Under the pieces are notes generated by a model. It worked only from the letters and a program-made list of their open reading frames with translations, ran no database searches and was not told the origin of the DNA. The position numbers and the translations under genes are program-made. Positions 1 to 7,693 of a DNA stretch of 64,000 bases are shown piece by piece (the stretch's first letter is position 1; each line of letters opens with the position of its first letter). Source of the stretch: a bacterium (GTDB lineage Bacteria > Patescibacteriota > Minisyncoccia > JAHIHE01 > JAGLIN01); contig DAOWDU010000011.1 in the NCBI GenBank assembly GCA_030638825.1, positions 5,675 through 69,674 of the forward strand. Reading direction: 5' to 3'.

Positions 1-1133
1 CTTTTTTCGTCTACATTTATTCCTGCGCATAAATCACAAATGCCGTTGTCTGTGATAATATTGTTTTTAATTTCCGCTGACGATTTTGCTGCATAAATCC
101 CAAAGGTTGGACCTAAATATGTTTTGTAATGGTTGTTGTAGCTTATTGTATTGTGATTAATTGTGGCTGAAGAATTATGCAAATCAATTCCAATTTTATT
201 ATCAATTATTAAATTGTCAGTTATGGTCGGCGAGAAAACAGAATCAAAGGTAACATTGGCTAATGTTTCCTTTGATTCTGTTTTCTCTTCCTCAAAATTA
301 TAAACCTGAATTCCTTTGTTATTAAAATTTATTGTATTCTTCTGTATTATTGGGGAAGAATCTTCTTTTATATATATTCCATATTCATTGTCTTTCAAAA
401 TATTGTCATTGATCAAAGGCGAAGAATTTTCAATTAAGATGCCGCTCAAATTTTCTCCCGAGTTTTTAATTGTAAATCCCGCCAGTTTTGTTTTATTTGT
501 AATGCCGTTTTTAAATTCTATAACATTGCCAGAATTATTCCCATTTAATATTGTTTCATTTGTAAGTATTTGCTCAGAAATGAAAGAAGAAACGGAACTT
601 GGTTTTGGGTACCCAGAACCAAGTTCCGTTTCTTCTTTCGTTTCTGCCATCTCATTAGACCCAACCAAACTAATTCCCTCTTTCATAACAATATTTCCCA
701 AGTATTCTCCGCTGGCGATTTTGATTGTGTCTCCAAAATTGGCGTTATCAATCGCTGTTTGTATCTCAGAATAATCTTCTGGAACATTTATAATTTTCGG
801 TTCTTTATAGTTTTTAAGCTCCACTAATTTATTCAACGGACAAAAAAAATCTTTCTTCTCAATTCCAAATAGTTCTTTTCCAATTTCTGCAATAAAATCT
901 ATTTTCTGTGCAATATCAGATTCCGAATCCTCAGAGGATTCGGAATCTTTCACTTTGTCCTTATTATCGCTCTGCGCGTTTCTAACTTTGCCATTCCCAA
1001 ATTCTTCTAATAAATTTTTATTGTTCATCTCCGAATAAACATTCTTCTGCGACGCCAAAACAACTCCGCAGATAATAACTATGGGGAGGACTGAAATCAA
1101 GATTGTTATTGTCTTTTTGTTGAGTTTAGTCAT
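1..1133 (-). CDS. Right-handed beta-helix repeat protein (NosD/pectin-lyase-fold like), partial. The 5' part is in the window and the gene continues past position 1. N-terminal membrane anchor.
   Basis: Manual reverse-strand translation from the ATG at 1131-1133 gives MTKLNKKTITILISVLPIVIICGVVLA..., followed by repeated NxxIxxN/G beta-helix-like units (IKNNIITDNGI, INHNTISYNN, IQKNTINFNN). It is absent from the ORF track because no stop lies in the window. Confidence 0.55.
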   Translation of the reverse strand, partial: MTKLNKKTITILISVLPIVIICGVVLASQKNVYSEMNNKNLLEEFGNGKVRNAQSDNKDKVKDSESSEDSESDIAQKIDFIAEIGKELFGIEKKDFFCPLNKLVELKNYKEPKIINVPEDYSEIQTAIDNANFGDTIKIASGEYLGNIVMKEGISLVGSNEMAETKEETELGSGYPKPSSVSSFISEQILTNETILNGNNSGNVIEFKNGITNKTKLAGFTIKNSGENLSGILIENSSPLINDNILKDNEYGIYIKEDSSPIIQKNTINFNNKGIQVYNFEEEKTESKETLANVTFDSVFSPTITDNLIIDNKIGIDLHNSSATINHNTISYNNHYKTYLGPTFGIYAAKSSAEIKNNIITDNGICDLCAGINVDEK

Positions 1134-1149
1134 AATAAAAATATCTTAT

Positions 1150-2493
1150 CTATTCCAGCAACCATTTCCAAAGAGGCTGAAAAATAATTTCCTTTTCTTT
1201 TATTATTTCTTCTCCTTCTTTCTCGTCAGTAATTATTAAGCCAGTTTCTAGTTCAAATTCGTTCATTGCTCTCAAGAGAGAATTAAGTTCCCTCTTTTTT
1301 GTTTTAGGATCATCTAAATTCCAGCAAACCTGAATTAACTGTTTTACTTTTAATTTTTCCTTAATAACAAAATCAACTTCTCGGTGTCGCTCGTCCTTCC
1401 AATAAAAAAGTTCTAGATATGGATTTATTATTTTCCTTCTTTTCAATTCCAAATAAACAAGATTCTCTGCCATTTTTCCTAAATTTTTGCTAAATCTAAA
1501 ACCAATTGTGTTTGCCAATCCTGTATCTATGGGATAAGCTTTGCGAGGACTTTTTTCTTGCTCTTTAACTTTAAAAGAAAATCTTTTCTGAAAAAATATA
1601 AGATAAGCGGTTTCAAAATAACCAGAAAATTTTTCCACTGTATCAGCTGAAATTTCCAAAGACTTTTCTAGAGAGTTAAAAGTTATTAAAGAGGAAGGAT
1701 TACTTAAATAAAATTTTATTAAACTTTTCAATTTTTCTGGTTTTCTTATGTTATAACGCTTGATCAGATCTCTATTTAAAGCATCATCAAAATAAGAAAG
1801 AAGAATTTTTTCTTTTTTCTCCTCTACAGCTACTCTTGGAAAAGAGCCGAATTCTAAATATTTTCTTAATAAACTTTTTATTTTAATTCTCTTGGCGATA
1901 AGATTTAATTTGTCATCTTTTTCTACATAAAGATTATTAAATTCTAAAAATTCTTTAAAAGAGAGCGGGAAAATAGTGATATCCAAATGTCTGCCAGTTA
2001 ACAAAGTTGCTAGCTCTTGACTTAAAAGTTTTGCGTTAGAGCCAGAAATAACAATTTTCGCTTTTCTTAATTCGTTCATCATTCTAACCCATTTTTCCCA
2101 TTCTCTAACTTCCTGAATTTCGTCAATAAAAATATAAATTTCTTCTTTTGGATTTATAGATTCTAAATAAACTTCATAAATTTGTTGGAGTAATTTTGTA
2201 TCCAACTCAACGAATCTTGGATCTTCAAAATTTATTATCAAGATTTGATTTTTATTTACTCCTTTTTCAATTAGCTCTTTTGCTAACTGTTTCATAATGA
2301 AAGATTTACCGCTTCTTCTTGCTCCAGTAATGACTATCACCTGTTCTGAGAGAATGAGTTTTTTCAGTTCGTCCAAATAAAAATTTCTCTTGATTCCCAC
2401 ATCAAGATCTTTTTTCCAAAAATTCCAGTCTTCTAATATTTTTAATATCTCGTTTTTGTCCATTAGTTTTGTCCTATTAGGTAAAATCTGCAT
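1150..2493 (-). CDS. AAA+ ATPase of the COG1373 type (AAA domain plus DUF4143-like C-terminus)
   Basis: Walker A ITGARRSGKS and Walker B IFIDEIQ. Length and architecture are typical of this widespread predicted ATPase. Confidence 0.7.
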   Translation of the reverse strand: MQILPNRTKLMDKNEILKILEDWNFWKKDLDVGIKRNFYLDELKKLILSEQVIVITGARRSGKSFIMKQLAKELIEKGVNKNQILIINFEDPRFVELDTKLLQQIYEVYLESINPKEEIYIFIDEIQEVREWEKWVRMMNELRKAKIVISGSNAKLLSQELATLLTGRHLDITIFPLSFKEFLEFNNLYVEKDDKLNLIAKRIKIKSLLRKYLEFGSFPRVAVEEKKEKILLSYFDDALNRDLIKRYNIRKPEKLKSLIKFYLSNPSSLITFNSLEKSLEISADTVEKFSGYFETAYLIFFQKRFSFKVKEQEKSPRKAYPIDTGLANTIGFRFSKNLGKMAENLVYLELKRRKIINPYLELFYWKDERHREVDFVIKEKLKVKQLIQVCWNLDDPKTKKRELNSLLRAMNEFELETGLIITDEKEGEEIIKEKEIIFQPLWKWLLE

Positions 2494-2562
2494 TTTTTGT
2501 CTAATACACTAATTATATTAGTCAAAATCGGAGAAAATGTCAAATTATTATTATCTCTTATT

Positions 2563-4713
2563 TTACGGCAACGAATTAACATCTTTTTTTTTGTCTTCGC
2601 GAGACGATCTTTTCTTTTTCTTTGCCATTTCTTCAAACGCTTTTTTGTCTACTTCAATTTCTGGTTTATGTCTCGGATCATATTGTGTTAGGATTTTTTT
2701 GAGTTCTTCTTGAAGGGCAAAACTTTTCAAAGCTTTTTGAATAGATTCAATCGCTAATTTTTCCATTCTCTTATAATAGTGTTCTTCGTCAACTGCGTTT
2801 AATTCTCCTCCAGAGTCATGCCAAGTAGAATCAATGAATGAAATAATTAAATTTTCATCTGAGTCAACTGTGACAAGCATATTCCATTCGTGATCCATTT
2901 CTACAGAATGAGTAGTTAATACAATAAATTTATCAAAATTTGGCACACCTTCTTTTTCTAAAACATGTTTAGCAAAAGCAAGGGTTTTAGAATAATCACC
3001 ACAAATATATCCTCCTTCTAAAGTAAGATTAGGATCTTGAAAACTCATATTTTTTTCTTTTCTTTTTTCATCTTTTTCTTCGTCATATTCTACACCTTTT
3101 CCAATTACTTCAGAAATTATTTTGATGACTTCCTCTGGATTATCTTCAGCAACTTCTTTTAATTTTTCCAGTGAATAGCCATTTTTTTCCAAAAGTTCTA
3201 AAAACAATTTTTTAAATTCATCATTATTTTCATGTTCATTAAAATTATTTTTTTCTAATTCCTGTAAATTTTTAAATTCTTCTGAGGATGTTCCCTCCTT
3301 TTTTTCAAATATTATTTTATACATCTCATAGGTGTTGCTAATATTATCTACATCTACGCCATTTACATTTTCGTGACCACTCTGTTTAAACCATTCTATG
3401 AATTCTGACAAACTTTCAGTACTTATTTCTGGAAGTGTTTTGAATTGTAAATTGTTATGCATAATTTCACGATATTTTTGTTCCAATGATTGATCCATTG
3501 AGAATGTTCCATTTTCATTTTTTTTAAATATTAGCTCATTAACATCGCTAATATTATCTACATCTACGCCATTTACATTTTCGTGACCACTCTGTTTAAA
3601 CCATTCTATGAATTCTGACAAGATTTTATTATCTATTTTAGTGGTATTAGAATTATCGTCGAAATTGTTATCTAAAATCTCATGCCATTTTTGATTTAAT
3701 GTTTGATTTATCTCATAGTTATCTGCGCCTCCTATCTTAAAATCATTTAATTCTACCACTGAAACTTTGGAAGTGTCGGGTGTAATTTGGTTATCAATAT
3801 ATTTTTTAACCTCATTTTCTGGAATATTAAAACTATCAGCAATGATTTTTGCGACTTGCTCTTTATTTTCTATAAAATATTCTAATGAACTGCTTATGGT
3901 TTCTATCTTTTCTCCTTCTGCTGTAGTTCTTGGCGCATTAAAATTTATTCCCATGCTTTCTAAATCATTTTTAAGTTTATTCAGTTTTTCTTCGGTAAGA
4001 ATATTATTAAATGAAAAAGAAACAGTTTTTTCTGCGCTATTATTTTCATCAATTTCAGTTTCAACAAGAATTGAAAATGAATCTGGGTTATCTTGATTGT
4101 TATTGAAATGGTCAAAACTCTGTGATGGATATTTTTCCAATATATCAATAGGAGAATTTTGACTGTTTATCCGATCTATTTCTGCCATCAATTCTGGATT
4201 TTTTTCTAAGTCTTTCAGAGAAATTTTGTGACCTTTAATTTCCACTTTAACATCATCATCCACCAAAATATTTAAAGCTGGTGCACCATAGGAAGAAGCG
4301 TAAAGCGCTAATTCCCCCAAACTCACCACCTTTTTATGTTTTTTCGCAAACTCAAATGCTTCGTTAATTGATCCCTCAAGCTTTGAAGTTGTACCCGTTA
4401 CTAATTTCCCAGTTTTCTCGCTTTTCCAAAATTCATTCAAAGCTTTATCAATGCTATCTTTTATAAATTCAAGACTACCGCGATTTAAATTTTCTAGATT
4501 TTCAGGATTAAGACTTTCCAAATCAAGTCTCGCAAGTTCAATTAATTTATCCTTTGAAATATTTAATTCTCCCGCTTTCTTCTCAATTTTTTCAACAATA
4601 TCTTCTCTAAGCCCAGATATATCTTTTTCGGAAACTGGCTGATCATATTTATTCACTTTTTCACTATTTAAATCCTCAGGATTTGTATTAACTGTTTCTG
4701 AAAAAAATTTCAT
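2563..4713 (-). CDS. Hypothetical acidic protein (716 aa) with an internal exact duplication
   Basis: Long ORF with no recognisable catalytic motif. The peptide SEFIEWFKQSGHENVNGVDVDNIS occurs twice. It is encoded by two identical ~75 bp DNA segments (about 3338-3412 and 3548-3622). Confidence 0.5.
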   Translation of the reverse strand: MKFFSETVNTNPEDLNSEKVNKYDQPVSEKDISGLREDIVEKIEKKAGELNISKDKLIELARLDLESLNPENLENLNRGSLEFIKDSIDKALNEFWKSEKTGKLVTGTTSKLEGSINEAFEFAKKHKKVVSLGELALYASSYGAPALNILVDDDVKVEIKGHKISLKDLEKNPELMAEIDRINSQNSPIDILEKYPSQSFDHFNNNQDNPDSFSILVETEIDENNSAEKTVSFSFNNILTEEKLNKLKNDLESMGINFNAPRTTAEGEKIETISSSLEYFIENKEQVAKIIADSFNIPENEVKKYIDNQITPDTSKVSVVELNDFKIGGADNYEINQTLNQKWHEILDNNFDDNSNTTKIDNKILSEFIEWFKQSGHENVNGVDVDNISDVNELIFKKNENGTFSMDQSLEQKYREIMHNNLQFKTLPEISTESLSEFIEWFKQSGHENVNGVDVDNISNTYEMYKIIFEKKEGTSSEEFKNLQELEKNNFNEHENNDEFKKLFLELLEKNGYSLEKLKEVAEDNPEEVIKIISEVIGKGVEYDEEKDEKRKEKNMSFQDPNLTLEGGYICGDYSKTLAFAKHVLEKEGVPNFDKFIVLTTHSVEMDHEWNMLVTVDSDENLIISFIDSTWHDSGGELNAVDEEHYYKRMEKLAIESIQKALKSFALQEELKKILTQYDPRHKPEIEVDKKAFEEMAKKKKRSSREDKKKDVNSLP

Positions 4714-4754
4714 AGTTGTGGTTTAAAAATTAAATTACAATAAATTTCTATAAA

Positions 4755-5609
4755 TTATCGTTTATTCAATCTCTTCAAAATCTCCAAATCTTCCTCAGCT
4801 TTCCCGCCTGGTGTTTCCAAAATAAAATCCAAATTCTTTAATCTTGGCTCATTAATAATCATCTCAAATCCTTCTATTCCAATTTTGCCTTTACCAATAT
4901 TTTCATGTCGATCAATATGCGAATTGAAATCAGATTTTGAATCGTTGCAGTGAATAAGTTTTAATCTTTCCAGTCCAATTATTTTATCAAAATCATCAAA
5001 GGTTTTCTGGACCGCTTTTTTATCGCGTAAATCATAACCTGAAGCGAAAGCGTGAGCGGTGTCAAAGCACACACCTAATTTAATATTTTTGTCATCCTGA
5101 GCTTGTCGAGGGACTTCCTTAATAAAATAGGCGATTTCTTCAAAACTGTCGCCCATAATATTTCCAGAGCCAGCGGTGATTTCCAGCAGTAGGGAACAGG
5201 CATGCCTGTTCCCTACTGCTACTAACCCTTTAATTAATTTCTCCCGCGCTTCTTTTTCGCCTAGTTCTTTCGCGCTTCCTAGGTGAGTAACAACCGCTTT
5301 TGCGCCGAGTAAATCCGCTGTTTCTAGTTCTTTCTTAATTGCTGAAATTGAACCGTAATAAATTCTATTATTCGCCGAAGCGAGATTTATATAATATGGC
5401 GTATGAATGTAATAATTTTCTAAATTATATTTCTGGCAATTTTTTTTAAAATTATTTATAGCGCTCTCTGTAATTTCTTTCGCTTTTCCTCCTTGCGGAG
5501 ATCTGGAAAACATCTGAAAACACTCACAGCCAATCTCGTGAGCTCTTTCGGGAGTTTTTTCAATTTCCCCCGCGATTGAAATGTGCGCGCCAAAGTTCAT
5601 TAGTGACAA
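4755..5609 (-). CDS. nfo: Endonuclease IV (AP endonuclease family 2)
   Basis: Conserved Nfo blocks are present (HAPY-like IHTPYYINLAS, TAGSG, CFDTAHAFASGYD, LIHCNDS). The gene also contains two in-frame repeat insertions, described in the findings. Confidence 0.85.
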   Translation of the reverse strand: MSLMNFGAHISIAGEIEKTPERAHEIGCECFQMFSRSPQGGKAKEITESAINNFKKNCQKYNLENYYIHTPYYINLASANNRIYYGSISAIKKELETADLLGAKAVVTHLGSAKELGEKEAREKLIKGLVAVGNRHACSLLLEITAGSGNIMGDSFEEIAYFIKEVPRQAQDDKNIKLGVCFDTAHAFASGYDLRDKKAVQKTFDDFDKIIGLERLKLIHCNDSKSDFNSHIDRHENIGKGKIGIEGFEMIINEPRLKNLDFILETPGGKAEEDLEILKRLNKR

Positions 5610-6139
5610 TTTATTTTGCTGTATTTTTTAACAAGTTGATGAGCCCTATTTCTGATTTCTGTTTTACCTTTTTCTTCATCAGAAATTTTCATAAGCTCTC
5701 TGAAAAATCGGTCTGATTTTGGATAATTCCCATTGTGATTTTTTATATATCTTAAATGGCTTCTATAGTAAGTGTTCACTCTTTTATAAGGAATTCCAGA
5801 AGGTTTTTCTTTATAATATAAACACAGCTTAAAAACCCAAAATTCAAAGATATAAGAATCAAGCAGACCTTTGCTAAAAAATAGAAATTCATTGGTCATC
5901 AAATTCCAATATCTAAAATACCAAGTGACCACTTTTTTAGGATTGTCACATTCTAACGCTTTAATCATAATTTCATCATACTCTTTTGTAAAGGAATTTA
6001 AAACATTAATTGTGTTTGCCTGTTTTCCTGTTTCAATTGATTTGGATATTTTGCGTATTTGAAAATAAGATAAAATAACGCCAAGCGTTATTGCGGTGCA
6101 TGTTGTTATTTCTACAAAATCTCTTAAAATTCCGTTCAT
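5600..6139 (-). CDS. Hypothetical protein with an N-terminal transmembrane segment
   Basis: ORF of 179 aa with a hydrophobic N-terminus and no recognisable domain. Confidence 0.4.
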   Translation of the reverse strand: MNGILRDFVEITTCTAITLGVILSYFQIRKISKSIETGKQANTINVLNSFTKEYDEIMIKALECDNPKKVVTWYFRYWNLMTNEFLFFSKGLLDSYIFEFWVFKLCLYYKEKPSGIPYKRVNTYYRSHLRYIKNHNGNYPKSDRFFRELMKISDEEKGKTEIRNRAHQLVKKYSKINCH

Positions 6140-6194
6140 AAAAAGTTTGGTTAGCTGATCTAAAATTAGCTAAATTTCCCATCCTTCGACAAGC

Positions 6195-7190
6195 TCAGGA
6201 TGACAGTGTTGTTGTATTTTTTAAAATCATCTCTCTAATTCTTCTTACGCTATTTTCTACATCTTCCCCTTCCATTTCAAACCCAGAGGCAAGTTTATGC
6301 CCTCCTCCGCCTAAGCTCCTTGCTATTTCAGACACATCAATTCCTTTATAATCCTCGCTTCTTAAACTTCCTTTTATTTTTTTGTTCTCGCTCTCTGTTA
6401 GAAGCAGGGAAAATTTTGCATCGCTAACTGTATTAATAATACTAATCAAGCCAGACGCGTCTTCTTCTTTCGCGCCGCATTCTTCTATATCATTTTTACT
6501 AATATAAGATATTGCCATTTTTGTATTTTTATCTGTTTGAATTCTACTAAGCGCTTTCCCCCACAGTTTTATCGCGGGTACATTTTTCCCATTGAAAATA
6601 TTTTTCGCGATTTTATCTATGCGGGATCCTTTTCTCATCAGTTCTGCCGCAGTTTCAAGAGATTGCGGATCTGTGTTACTGTGTTGAAAGCCTCCTGTGT
6701 CTGTAAAAATTCCTGTGAGCAGACAATCAGAAATGTTCTTTGTGATTTTTATTCTCATTTCTTTTAGAAGATTGTAAATCAAAATTGCTGCAGAAGAAGC
6801 TTTATCGTCTATGATTAATATACAATCTTGTTCTGTTTTATTTTTTGGATGATGGTCAATGATTAATAAATTATTATGAGAAGAGGCAATCTCTCTTATG
6901 TCGTCTACGCCAGTTCTTGAAAAAAAAGCGCAGTCCAATAATACAACAAGATCGTAATGCTTTGGATCTATTTGATTTTTAATCTTTGAGACGCCAGGCA
7001 AGAATTTAAACACTTCGGGAATTTCGCTTTTAGAAAAACATTCTACATTTTTATTATCCAAACAACTAAGCGCGTGAGCCAATCCTAAAACAGATCCTAC
7101 CGCATCTCCGTCTGGATTTTTGTGGGTGAGGATTAAAATATTATCGCTGGATTTTATTAAATTTATTGCTTGTTGCATGGTATTAATCAT
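6195..7190 (-). CDS. DHH-family phosphoesterase (NrnA-like oligoribonuclease / pAp phosphatase)
   Basis: DHH motifs DGDAVGS and DHHPKN, and the DHHA1 GGGGH motif. The last codons and the stop come from a GTCAT-type hairpin element (see finding). Confidence 0.8.
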   Translation of the reverse strand: MINTMQQAINLIKSSDNILILTHKNPDGDAVGSVLGLAHALSCLDNKNVECFSKSEIPEVFKFLPGVSKIKNQIDPKHYDLVVLLDCAFFSRTGVDDIREIASSHNNLLIIDHHPKNKTEQDCILIIDDKASSAAILIYNLLKEMRIKITKNISDCLLTGIFTDTGGFQHSNTDPQSLETAAELMRKGSRIDKIAKNIFNGKNVPAIKLWGKALSRIQTDKNTKMAISYISKNDIEECGAKEEDASGLISIINTVSDAKFSLLLTESENKKIKGSLRSEDYKGIDVSEIARSLGGGGHKLASGFEMEGEDVENSVRRIREMILKNTTTLSS

Positions 7191-7205
7191 ATTACTATTC
7201 TAATT

Positions 7206-7343
7206 GTCATTGCGAGGAGGCTGAATGAACGAAGTGAGAGAAAAGCCGACGAAGCAATCCCGTAACTATGCAAGATGAACTTAATCACGGGATTGCTTCG
7301 TCGCCTTCTCTTCGCTACGCTCAATCGGGCTTCTCGCAATGAC
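7206..7343. mobile_element. 138-bp MITE-like palindromic element with 11-bp terminal inverted repeats (gtcattgcgag ... ctcgcaatgac)
   Basis: Terminal inverted repeats at 7206-7216 and 7333-7343. Internal inverted repeat gacgaagcaatcccg (7248-7262) / cgggattgcttcgtc (7288-7302). The whole element is an imperfect palindrome. It is intergenic, between the rbfA stop and the nrnA-like start. Confidence 0.6.
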
Positions 7344-7351
7344 AGTTTACT

Positions 7352-7690
7352 TCACAATCTATTCTCTTCAATAATTCTACCAATTTTCTCCACATCCTCC
7401 CCGCTCCGATCAATCACAAATCTAATTCTCGGCAAGGGCTTCATAAATAATTTCCGATTAAGTTTCCCCTGAATAAAATAAATATTTTCTTTTAGTTCCT
7501 TCTCAATTTTAACGCTCATCTCATCTGGCAGAACGCTTATAAAAATATCCGCGTAACGGAGATCTGCGGATGTTTTCACTTTGGTTATTGTCAGAATAAT
7601 ATTTTTTGAAAAATCAACATCAGTCAGGATTATTTTTCCAAGCTCTTGCTTGATTAGCTTGTTTATTTTTAGGATTCTTTGGGTTGACAT
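7352..7690 (-). CDS. rbfA: Ribosome-binding factor A
   Basis: 112 aa. The N-terminal block KINKLIKQELGKIIL is RbfA-like, and the gene lies immediately downstream of infB (conserved infB-rbfA arrangement). Confidence 0.75.
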   Translation of the reverse strand: MSTQRILKINKLIKQELGKIILTDVDFSKNIILTITKVKTSADLRYADIFISVLPDEMSVKIEKELKENIYFIQGKLNRKLFMKPLPRIRFVIDRSGEDVEKIGRIIEENRL

Positions 7691-7693
7691 AGT

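Noticed and set aside
316-827. Plus-strand ORFs 316-774 and 570-827
   Set aside because: They are antisense to the better-supported beta-helix protein gene on the minus strand. Their length is an artefact of the 57-bp palindrome at 583-639, and the protein is low complexity with no motif.
3338-3622. Diversity-generating retroelement (TR/VR) interpretation of the duplicated segment, prompted by the nearby Avd-family gene
   Set aside because: The two copies are identical rather than differing at adenines, and no reverse transcriptase ORF is in the window.
7275-7472. 65-aa plus-strand ORF
   Set aside because: It lies inside the MITE-like palindromic element and antisense to rbfA, with no motif.
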